Source: a virus (taxonomy: Duplodnaviria; Caudoviricetes). Taken from it: a stretch of 64,000 nt of DNA. The position numbers and the translations under genes were made by a program. Below are positions 29,072 to 37,205 of this stretch, piece after piece. Positions within the stretch are counted from its first letter, which is position 1. Each line of letters opens with the position of its first letter. Location: IMG/VR virus record IMGVR_UViG_3300032237_000080, positions 305 to 64,304 of that record, one strand, 5' to 3'. The notes beneath the pieces are model-generated. The model was not told where the DNA came from and did no database searches. It saw only the letters and a list, made by a program, of their open reading frames with translations.

Positions 29072-29176
29072 TTAAGCCCTCCAAAAAAATACATCTAACA
29101 CCAAAACGACCATCGCTAAAACATAAACGACGGTCAACCAAAACGTCTCGTTGATAACTGTTTCTTTAATCGACAT
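29072..29176 (-). CDS. 34-aa membrane peptide
   Basis: MSIKETVINETFWLTVVYVLAMVVLVLDVFFWRA. Confidence 0.45.
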   Translation of the reverse strand: MSIKETVINETFWLTVVYVLAMVVLVLDVFFWRA

Positions 29177-30347
29177 AGATAGCCGCCCCGACTTTAGGCT
29201 GTGCCTTGTTACCACCAACGATGCACCACAACACAGGACAGTCCCACTCGCCCCATGAACTACCCACATAACCATCTGTCAACATCACTACACACTCAGG
29301 CTTGATGTGGTTGTCTTTCAAGTACGTAGCAACACACGTAGGGTCAGTGCCACCACCCCCTGCCGGTTTAGTTGATTCAACTAACTTGCCTTGCTTGTCA
29401 CGACCATACACCTCATGTGCCGCCACTTCGGTATCCCAGTAGATCAAGTCCACCATCTCAGGCTGTACGTTCACACAGATAGCTTGCACCTCAGATAAGA
29501 ACTTGGCTAAGTCTTCATTGCCAATCGAACCCGATGTATCTATGCCGATCACGATACGACCCATTGATTCGCTCAATGTACTAGGCATATACATATCATG
29601 CTGTAACCATCTACGATTAACACGTTGCCACGTTGATATGTCCTTACCATCAGCCAGTGAGTTGATGAAGTCACGCAACTGTTCACGCCAGTCAACCTTG
29701 GGTGTCAACAAGTCTTCAAGTATGCGGGATGACTTACCACCTAACTTACCCGCCATGATTTGACCTTGACGTATTGCTTGGTCAATATCTTTCTTGATCT
29801 CTTCAATCTCTTCGTCAGTTCTACCGCTCTCCCAGTCATGTGAGTCGAACCCCTCGCCATCACTACTACCCCCTTCGCCGTCTTCATCGTCGCTCTCTTC
29901 CAATAAGATGTTGAACACCTCTTGAGAGTCCATGTCACGGAACCGCTCGTCATATAGTCCACCCTTGGGTAACGTAACGAACCCGCTTGATGATGCTTCA
30001 ATATCTTTGATGATGATATTGATTACATAGTCACACGCCATGTTCGCACACCGTGCATTCTGCTCATACAAATGCTTCCACAAGAACGTATGCTGAAACA
30101 ACTTGTGTAGATTCTCATGCAGTATCAAGCCACGTAAGTCAGAGTCGCCCATGTCTTCGATGAACTTCTTGCCATACAAACAGTCAACGCCATTGGTACA
30201 GGCAGTAGGAACTTTGTCAGTCACTTCATACTTGCCAACGAATATGACGCTTGCATACTCCATAGTTTCTTTGTGTGCCATCAATTCGACGTGTGCTCTC
30301 TCCACACGCTTAAGTCCTGACAACTGATTGGTTTGTGTAATAAACAT
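29166..30347 (-). CDS. Metallopeptidase-like plus vWA domain protein (DUF2201-like)
   Basis: LILHENLH (HExxH), NMACDYVIN, acidic linker, MIDAS IDTSGS, GGGGTD, MLTDGY. Confidence 0.8.
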   Translation of the reverse strand: MFITQTNQLSGLKRVERAHVELMAHKETMEYASVIFVGKYEVTDKVPTACTNGVDCLYGKKFIEDMGDSDLRGLILHENLHKLFQHTFLWKHLYEQNARCANMACDYVINIIIKDIEASSSGFVTLPKGGLYDERFRDMDSQEVFNILLEESDDEDGEGGSSDGEGFDSHDWESGRTDEEIEEIKKDIDQAIRQGQIMAGKLGGKSSRILEDLLTPKVDWREQLRDFINSLADGKDISTWQRVNRRWLQHDMYMPSTLSESMGRIVIGIDTSGSIGNEDLAKFLSEVQAICVNVQPEMVDLIYWDTEVAAHEVYGRDKQGKLVESTKPAGGGGTDPTCVATYLKDNHIKPECVVMLTDGYVGSSWGEWDCPVLWCIVGGNKAQPKVGAAIYVD

Positions 30348-30423
30348 ATGATCTCCCGGGTTAGCTATTAAACACATAGGACAACTTCATACGGTATGAA
30401 TTTGTCCCGACTAGAACACTCAA

Positions 30424-31506
30424 TTACTTCTGCTTGGCAAACAGATAGTTGTTGCTTGCCGCCCATGCCGCAAACTTAGGATTGGTTGCCGCTACGTTCT
30501 GCTTCGGGCAATCTTTCGCCATGACAGTACGTGCAAACAAACCCTGCGCTTCCTTGGTAAGACGTGGTAAGAACTCCATGAACGCATCCATCGTGGTCTT
30601 CTCAATACGTTGTACCGCCTTGGTTACTAACATACACGCCGCCGCCGCACTTGTAGGTATCGTCACACCTTGTGGGTCTTTGATTAACTCATCCCAACTC
30701 ACCAACTGATTGTCGAGCTTGACCATCGTCAAAATATTGTGCATCGCCTTGTCACCGACAGTGCCCATCAGTGCATGGCACATCACATCGTCACCCAACA
30801 ACATAGTACGGTGTATTACATCGCTTGCCGCATGGAACGAACGTGGTGTACAAAACGCCATACGAACTGTACGTGGGTCATTGATATACAGATTCTGCTC
30901 AGGCTTCTCGTAGTCTTCGAACGATGCAAGCATCTCAGGGAACTCACGCAATGCCGCAATGATTACTGGATGCCAATTATTGTTGATGCCAAACTCCATC
31001 ACCGCCAACGCTTCGGGCTTTGCGACTCGTACTTGAATCACACGGTTACGAACGTGTGGCGGTACGTTGTCACCGATACCCTCGACCGATAGATTGGTAG
31101 TTGAGAATATGACACCCTCCAACTTGTAGCTACCTTGTTGACGCTCAAGCATAAGACGTAGACACGCATTCAACACACCGCCCTTGGCTTTGCCCAACTC
31201 GTCAAGCATCATCACGACTTTCTTACCCTTGAAGTGCAAGCCGAACTCTTCGTTAGGAATGAATGAGCACACCTCAACGCCATCGACCGTACGAATTTTA
31301 GGCACAGAGAAGTCACCAACATCTTTAGTTGTCAGGTCAACGTAACAGAACAAATGGTCTTTGAACTGCTCGTACTTCTGCAACGATTTGAGGATTGATG
31401 ATTTGCCAATACCCATCTCACCTTGTACCAAGACAGTACGTAGGTCACCGACAGCGGCAATCAGGTCAGCGGTTTGTTGCAAAGACAAAGATTTATACAT
31501 AGACAT
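30424..31506 (-). CDS. MoxR-like AAA+ ATPase
   Basis: Walker A GEMGIGKSS, Walker B MMLDE, STTN sensor, VRNR arginine finger, TPRS. Confidence 0.85.
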   Translation of the reverse strand: MSMYKSLSLQQTADLIAAVGDLRTVLVQGEMGIGKSSILKSLQKYEQFKDHLFCYVDLTTKDVGDFSVPKIRTVDGVEVCSFIPNEEFGLHFKGKKVVMMLDELGKAKGGVLNACLRLMLERQQGSYKLEGVIFSTTNLSVEGIGDNVPPHVRNRVIQVRVAKPEALAVMEFGINNNWHPVIIAALREFPEMLASFEDYEKPEQNLYINDPRTVRMAFCTPRSFHAASDVIHRTMLLGDDVMCHALMGTVGDKAMHNILTMVKLDNQLVSWDELIKDPQGVTIPTSAAAACMLVTKAVQRIEKTTMDAFMEFLPRLTKEAQGLFARTVMAKDCPKQNVAATNPKFAAWAASNNYLFAKQK

Positions 31507-31580
31507 GGTTAGTCCCTTTCATGGTTGATTAAAAAACAAATTCATACGGTATGAAAACATACCGCCCCGATAACTGTTTC

Positions 31581-32459
31581 TCACAGAGAAAACTTATCCA
31601 GTATGGAGTCCACCTTGCGCTTCGTATCAGCACGTAGTGCGTCACTCTCACGTAATGAACCCGCATCCACATTACGCATGGCATCCTCCAACTGCCTACG
31701 CATTTCTTCCAGTCGATTGTCACCAGTCACATTGAAGTGTTTCAATAATCCGCATACCTCAATCGCATTCTCAACAAGCGAGTCACGGAATATCTTCTTC
31801 TTCGGTTCACCATCAGCACCCACGTCGTCAGCAAGACGCTCTGACATCTTGACCAGTACGTCATGCAACCTATCCCACGCATCTTGCATTGCACCTTTGA
31901 TGCGGGTATCCATCACACCCTCGTAGTGTGTCTTCAACTCTTGCAGTCCCTGCTCGGCAATGTCCACAGCAAAATGTCCTGACGTAGGCAGTGGTGCAAA
32001 CGCATAACGAAATCCAAACTTGTCCACGATTTGCTCACGCATGGGGTAGTCGTCACGGTTAAACAAGTCACCTAGTTGGAAAGCCGCCGCCGACACAAGC
32101 GTGTCGTACTCATTCAAGAAGTTGTTGACAGCAAGTGCAAACTGTTGCTCGTAATCCGCCAGTCGTGACTTGTAGTCCATGAACTGTGTCATCACCAACA
32201 TACGGTCACCGTTGTCACCCCACGGTTGCGTCACACCATAGTGCCATGTACGCACAGCATTCGCCACCTTGCCCACATCTTCAAGCTTGGATGAACCCGC
32301 CAAAAGATTTTTGTGGTAGTTACCTGCACGTGTCTTCGTAGAATTTTGTTGGTCAACCTCTTCCGACACACGCTTGTCGAGCTTACGCCCAGTCCACACA
32401 GATAGCGACAGATTGACAATCAATGCCGAGCCATTCAAACGAGAAACATTTTCAATCAT
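31581..32459 (-). CDS. Conserved phage protein next to the AAA/vWA pair (DUF3150-like, tentative)
   Basis: ALIVNLSLSVWTGRKLDK...QLGDLFNRDDYP...KKKIFRDS; AAGGA RBS. Confidence 0.65.
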   Translation of the reverse strand: MIENVSRLNGSALIVNLSLSVWTGRKLDKRVSEEVDQQNSTKTRAGNYHKNLLAGSSKLEDVGKVANAVRTWHYGVTQPWGDNGDRMLVMTQFMDYKSRLADYEQQFALAVNNFLNEYDTLVSAAAFQLGDLFNRDDYPMREQIVDKFGFRYAFAPLPTSGHFAVDIAEQGLQELKTHYEGVMDTRIKGAMQDAWDRLHDVLVKMSERLADDVGADGEPKKKIFRDSLVENAIEVCGLLKHFNVTGDNRLEEMRRQLEDAMRNVDAGSLRESDALRADTKRKVDSILDKFSL

Positions 32460-32540
32460 GATGATTCCTTTCAAAGATTGGTGTTTTCATACAGTATGAA
32501 TTTACACCTACTAACACAAAACAATATCAACTAAGACCAC

Positions 32541-32569
32541 AGTATAACACAAGTATACACGTGTGTCAA
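32541..32569 (-). promoter_or_regulatory. Sigma70 promoter TTGACA-N17-TATACT with extended -10 TG
   Basis: Minus-strand -35 at 32564-32569, -10 at 32541-32546, 17-nt spacer. Confidence 0.75.
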
Positions 32570-32570
32570 C

Positions 32571-32762
32571 CTATTGTGATTCAACGCTACCTTTAAATTT
32601 ATTGTAGTCGTCAACCAAATGGTTACGCAATTCCGCATCATCCAATATTGCACGGATAAACACGTCAGCTTTGTATTGCTCATGCTTGTACATAAACGCA
32701 TAGCCAGTGGCAAGCACAGCCCAACACAGCAATACAAATTCAGTCACAGTAAATTCAATCAT
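32571..32762 (-). CDS. Small membrane protein
   Basis: 63 aa with an N-terminal transmembrane segment. Confidence 0.55.
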   Translation of the reverse strand: MIEFTVTEFVLLCWAVLATGYAFMYKHEQYKADVFIRAILDDAELRNHLVDDYNKFKGSVESQ

Positions 32763-32763
32763 G

Positions 32764-32988
32764 TCACACCACCTTATTCAATTTATCTAACACATACTCA
32801 CGCATCAAGGCATACGCTTCGTCCTTGCGCCCCTCACGGTCAGCCAACCATATCTTGGTCAGCGTCTCGTTGTCTTCAAAATTTACAGGTCTACCCCGCT
32901 CTTCCAACTCTTCAAGTAAGTCAGCGGTATCAAAGTCGCTCAGGTCAACGTCCACCTCGACCTCTGTTGTTATCGTTCTGTATGTCAT
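32764..32988 (-). CDS. Hypothetical early protein
   Basis: EVDVDLSDFDTADLLEELEERG acidic motif. Confidence 0.6.
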   Translation of the reverse strand: MTYRTITTEVEVDVDLSDFDTADLLEELEERGRPVNFEDNETLTKIWLADREGRKDEAYALMREYVLDKLNKVV

Positions 32989-33215
32989 GTCCTTATCTCC
33001 TTTTGGTTAGTTTGTTTCAAAGTTACAGGCGCACTCTCAGCAGTCACAAACATATAGCCACCCTTGCCATACTCTTGCACCACCGTCCAACTACGCCGCT
33101 CTGCACGGGCATTGTCTTCGCCACACATAAGGCAACATCTGTATCCAAGTTGCCATCTCTCCACAGGGAATTCATCCCCACAATCTATGCAGTCTCTCCA
33201 GTCGCTTGATTTCAT
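32985..33215 (-). CDS. Zinc-finger-like early protein (DksA/TraR-C4-like spacing)
   Basis: CIDCGDEFPVERWQLGYRCCLMCG. Confidence 0.6.
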   Translation of the reverse strand: MKSSDWRDCIDCGDEFPVERWQLGYRCCLMCGEDNARAERRSWTVVQEYGKGGYMFVTAESAPVTLKQTNQKEIRT

Positions 33216-33580
33216 ACAACCTCCCTTTCTACTAAACCTACGATACCTTTGCTACGCACCACCAACATATCCTCAAGGCACAGCTTCACTGTGTCACCCA
33301 ATGGATGTAGTTGCGACTTGTGTTTGCTCGTTGTCATGCTGTACTTTGTGGCGTTCTCAAACCATTGCCCCGCAAGCTCATCCCATACGAACAACGGAAA
33401 GTCGTAGCGATACGAATACACCACGTATCGTTTGACAATATCCTTTGTGCCGTCAATGCCTTGCTCATACCATTCGGCAAACGTGTTGCTACCCATGAAC
33501 ACTTTGCGGTTTTGCACGTACTGACGTGCGTTGTAGTTTGCAATTTGTGGTTTGCTACCTTTCGATACTTTCATTTCCAT
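33212..33580 (-). CDS. Hypothetical early protein
   Basis: 122 aa; YVVYSYRYDFPLFVW...KYSMTTSKHKSQ. Confidence 0.6.
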   Translation of the reverse strand: MEMKVSKGSKPQIANYNARQYVQNRKVFMGSNTFAEWYEQGIDGTKDIVKRYVVYSYRYDFPLFVWDELAGQWFENATKYSMTTSKHKSQLHPLGDTVKLCLEDMLVVRSKGIVGLVEREVV

Positions 33581-33744
33581 TCCCCTTTCAATGCGAGTTT
33601 GAGTTTCTCTTCTTCCAATTTCATACGGTATGAATTTGGTTTCTTAACTACACTGCCGGCGCCAGCAGTCGTGTTATATCCAATCCACAACATCTTGTCA
33701 CGTGTGTGCTTGTGTTCCAAATGTTTGCGTTCGAGTTTGTTCAT
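33571..33744 (-). CDS. 57-aa hypothetical protein (absent from the ORF track); contains one palindrome copy
   Basis: MNKLERKHLEHKH...NSYRMKLEEEKLKLALKGEWK; overlaps both neighbours. Confidence 0.55.
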   Translation of the reverse strand: MNKLERKHLEHKHTRDKMLWIGYNTTAGAGSVVKKPNSYRMKLEEEKLKLALKGEWK

Positions 33745-33941
33745 TCTGTTTCTCCCTCAAGTCCAGTTCTGTTAATCCGCACAGCGCGTACCCAGTAGTC
33801 CTCGGTAGTCCCACCGTGTCGATAGCTCTTGATGTACGCATCCCTTGCCGCCAGTGCGTTCTCTTGTGTGTCATGCACTGACAACAATTCATGGCAGTCA
33901 TCCAAAAATTCCACCACCCATATATGCTTCTCGTTATTCAT
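33741..33941 (-). CDS. Hypothetical early protein
   Basis: MNNEKHIWVVEF start after GGAGG. Confidence 0.6.
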   Translation of the reverse strand: MNNEKHIWVVEFLDDCHELLSVHDTQENALAARDAYIKSYRHGGTTEDYWVRAVRINRTGLEGETE

Positions 33942-34078
33942 CTCACCTCCCTTACATAAAGTAACCACGTACGTTTGCCTACACCTAGCACGTACCCTGC
34001 ATGGCGTTCGGCATCTGCTTTGCTCTCAGCTTTGAATGTCAGCACCGAGCCGTTGTAATAGCATTCAAATGTTTTCAT
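33938..34078 (-). CDS. 46-aa hypothetical protein, first gene of the early operon (absent from the ORF track)
   Basis: MKTFECYYNGSVLTFKAESKADAERHAGYVLG...; AAGGA RBS. Confidence 0.6.
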   Translation of the reverse strand: MKTFECYYNGSVLTFKAESKADAERHAGYVLGVGKRTWLLYVREVR

Positions 34079-34846
34079 AGGATTTCCTTTCAACGATAGC
34101 AAGACGCTATCGGATAAGGGACTGAATCAATCCCCTATCACGTTATAGTCTCTTACACATGGTTAATCAAAACCACACGTCGTCGTATCTCGTTGTATCT
34201 CATCGTTCGGTTTGGCTTTACTAACTGCGATAGTGTTTGTCGTTTGCACATCTTCCTTTCGGCTTGCATTCCCTGCGGTTGTCATCTGTCACCTACTCCG
34301 CATTAGGGGTTTAGGGCTTTCGCCCATAAGTTTTCATACAGTATGAAAACTCAGCCCCACACATTTAGGCAGTATCTACATTGCATTGCACGTTGCTATC
34401 GTTCTTCGGAAACACTCAGCTTCACTACTCACTACACCACAACGTGTGCCGACTGACTACGGCACGCCTATTCACACAGGGAGACTTCACACATCTGCTT
34501 TTGAGGTTTAGGAATTTGGATTGAGGGTGCGTTACAGTCAGGAATCTGTCGAGTGATTGGGTACTGGCAGAGCCAGTCCCTTGCAATTTCATACAGTATG
34601 AAAGTGCGTACACGTGCATAACGCAAACGTGCAGTGGCACACCAACAACCCGCCTAGCCATGTCCTTTCTTGTACAGCTTGCTTCTGACCATGTGCTTCT
34701 CGTATTAACATTAGTTCCGAGCGGCGGTTTGATTACGTGGCAATTTCTTGTCACGTGTTGTCTATTGGTTTGTTAAAGAACGGTGTTTTCATACGGTATG
34801 AAAACCTGCCAAATCGTCGATGCGGTTTTGGTCTTGATGAGCTTCT

Positions 34847-34875
34847 ATTATAAGGCATTTGGGGGTACTTGTCAA
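34847..34875 (-). promoter_or_regulatory. Perfect-consensus sigma70 promoter TTGACA-N17-TATAAT driving the early operon
   Basis: Plus strand reads ATTATA at 34847-34852 and TGTCAA at 34870-34875; spacer 17 nt. Confidence 0.85.
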
Positions 34876-35280
34876 GTCAAAATAAGTGGGTATAAGGCAG
34901 TATTGTGGGGTGTATTATCTATTTAATTCAGCAATATTCTAGGGGTGAGAATAAAAGTAAGTCGTTGATTATAAAAGGGAAATTGGCTAAAAAAAGGGTA
35001 ATATTCTATTATTCTTGGTTTTTGGGATTTCAAGCCAGAGAAAACATCCGAACACAAATATTTCTAAAACCATGTGTGTGAACACCAATAAAAAGAGAAA
35101 TTGATAAAAAATTAAAAAGGGGTGTATATATATTTTTTTATAGAATAATAGAATAATAGGGGGAAAACTCTCCGCAAGTGCCTATGAATGCTGAACTTTC
35201 TAATATTCCCGAGCAGAGAATATTGCTGAATAAAATAGACAATGCACTTGCTTATAACACCTTGACAAATTAAAAGTGGT

Positions 35281-35564
35281 GCGGCACGCAAAGAGGAAAC
35301 AGTTATCAGGAGATTGTGGTATTTCATACAGTATGAAATTGCTGTGTGATAGTTATAACAACGTGTAGCAGCGGAGTGTAGTTCAGTGCGGCACGCTGAG
35401 AGGAAACAGTTATCAAAGGGAATCGGTCAGGGTACCGTAGTTGTGTAGATATTAAACGTGGTAAATTGTTGTGGTGTGTGGGTAGCTCAAAGCGTGAGCT
35501 GCTGGTTGGACGTTTGTGTGGCACGCTACAAGATGTTGGCGGCACAAGTAAGAAACAGTTATCA
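35281..35564 (+). repeat. Three direct repeats GCGGCAC-N-GAAACAGTTATCA
   Basis: Copies at 35281-35308, 35388-35415 and 35539-35564. Confidence 0.85.
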
Positions 35565-35600
35565 AAGCGCCAAACGATGTTGGCGCAGGAAATTTTGGGC

Positions 35601-35628
35601 AAAAAAAAGCCCCCGATTTCTCGGGGGC
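35601..35628 (-). terminator. Rho-independent terminator after the 180-aa orphan gene
   Basis: GCCCCCGA-TTTC-TCGGGGGC (35609-35628) preceded by A8 on plus; same stem as the 14884 terminator. Confidence 0.85.
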
Positions 35629-35648
35629 TAAATTCATACGGTATGAAA

Positions 35649-36191
35649 TTACTCAGCTTTGAATTCGATACCTTGTGCTTCTAACCAGCTTTTCACCATG
35701 CCGTGAAAAGTGGCTTTCACTGTATCGTTATATTCAGCTTCAATAACTTCACACGCTTCAACAAAGTCAGCATGGTTAAACACTTTGAGTAAAAGCTGTG
35801 ATAACTCAGCTTTACCTTTGCCTTTACCCTTTGCCTTTTTCTTCGCGTCATTGCGTGCCTTATTCCAATCACCAACTGGTTTGCCAGTTGATACAGCATC
35901 TTTAAACGTGCCCAAGTAAACACGTTGTGCTGTAGCTGGTGAAACGTTTGCACCAACGCATCCATCAATGAATGCAGTAGCAATGGCGCATCCAGTGCCG
36001 TCTTTCTTATAACGTCCAACTGTAACCTTACGGGAAAATAAGGTAGCAATGTGATTGTTAATATCAGTTTTGAATTTCTCCGCTGTATTTTCCAATTCAT
36101 TCAGTTGGCCAAGTAGTGCACCAATAGCTACTGCTATTGATACGTTATCGAGTGTGGATTCCACAGCGACTGCAACTTGTGACTTTTTCAT
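35649..36191 (-). CDS. Stand-alone 180-aa hypothetical protein
   Basis: AAGGA RBS, own terminator, Ala/Lys-rich with a KKKAKGKGKGK linker. Confidence 0.75.
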   Translation of the reverse strand: MKKSQVAVAVESTLDNVSIAVAIGALLGQLNELENTAEKFKTDINNHIATLFSRKVTVGRYKKDGTGCAIATAFIDGCVGANVSPATAQRVYLGTFKDAVSTGKPVGDWNKARNDAKKKAKGKGKGKAELSQLLLKVFNHADFVEACEVIEAEYNDTVKATFHGMVKSWLEAQGIEFKAE

Positions 36192-36575
36192 AGCAATGTC
36201 CTTTCGAGACGTTACTGCTTAGGCGCTATGCGAATGCAATGCAATTCCTAACCAGTGACTTAACTATAACATATTGTGGAGTGTTTGCACGGGATAGGTA
36301 GGAATCAGTCTACCTTTACATTTTCATACGGTATGAAATTAAGCGACCCCCACCCCCCAGATTTGGGTCAAGGGACTCCAGCGCGTAGTGGTACTCGAAT
36401 CCGCACACCCGATCACAACTTTTTTGAAACACCCCCCACTACTGTTTATTTATCCAGCCCCCCACCCCTATATATTTTTTTGGAAATACCCCCCGGGTAG
36501 GATTCCTTTACCTCCTTGCTACACACTATATATGTGTGTTACATTTCGGCATCCTTGGAGTGCGACCTTCCTCCC

Positions 36576-37205
36576 ATGCTTTTAGTTACACCTGAACTTA
36601 ATGTTCCACCACCGTTCCGCATGACTGCGGAAGAGATTACTGACCTCTGCGAAAAGGCCAGCCGTGCATTTAGCACCGTTGAGTTTTTGCAAGCGAATGG
36701 TTTGGGGGAAGTAACGCCAACAGAAGCTGACAGAAAAGAAGCACGTGCGTTGTTCACGGACAGTCCTGTTGCTGAACAAGAGATACGTACACCCGGCAAA
36801 GCATTGGTGTTGCGTGCCCTATTAAGTGAATACGATTTTGAAGTTGTCCGTAATGCTGCACAGGTTCGCAGGTATATACAGTTAAAGCTGCTGGAGAAAA
36901 CTGACTGTGGTGACAACAAAACTGAACTGCGTGCGCTTGAGATGCTGGGCAAAATGTCCGACGTCGGTGCCTTTGCAGAACGTGTTGAGATAAACGTCAC
37001 ACACCGCACCACAGAAGAACTTGAAAATGAGCTTGCCACAAAACTTGCTCAGTACATGGGTGACATCATTGATGTAGAAGCCAAAGATCTAAAGATTGAT
37101 TTTGATCCGTTGCCGCAAGCACCGGCGGTTGAAGTAATTGATCTGGACGAAGAGTTAGGTGTGCTTGGTGGTGAGTTGGATGATGAGGTGGTAACGGATG
37201 ATTGA
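36576..37205 (+). CDS. Putative terminase small subunit
   Basis: Directly upstream of terL; helical ELRALEMLGK...FAERVEI; acidic tail; start uncertain. Confidence 0.55.
   Translation: MLLVTPELNVPPPFRMTAEEITDLCEKASRAFSTVEFLQANGLGEVTPTEADRKEARALFTDSPVAEQEIRTPGKALVLRALLSEYDFEVVRNAAQVRRYIQLKLLEKTDCGDNKTELRALEMLGKMSDVGAFAERVEINVTHRTTEELENELATKLAQYMGDIIDVEAKDLKIDFDPLPQAPAVEVIDLDEELGVLGGELDDEVVTDD

Larger units (their letters stand above)
30386..36337. repeat. Ten dispersed copies of the palindrome TTCATAC-R-GTATGAA
   Basis: Copies start at 30386, 31541, 32486, 33620, 34333, 34588, 34788, 35323, 35633 and 36323. Confidence 0.95.

Noticed and set aside
18786-31570. CCGCCCCGA seen three times near gene ends (about 18786, 29183, 31562)
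   Set aside because: Short GC-rich 9-mer; one copy is coding and one belongs to a hairpin; not distinguishable from chance by eye.
34745-34760. TTGTCACGTG as a parS-like site (also near 33696)
   Set aside because: Only half of the expected palindrome, and no ParB-like gene recognised.
30386-36337. Palindrome series as a CRISPR array
   Set aside because: 15-bp units 200-1200 nt apart, separated by genes; no uniform spacers. The PD-(D/E)XK gene is a common phage exonuclease, not part of a cas operon.
30386-36337. Palindromes as N4-type virion RNA polymerase hairpin promoters
   Set aside because: Loops are not the GNA type of N4 promoters, no large RNAP gene is visible, and host sigma70 promoters are present.
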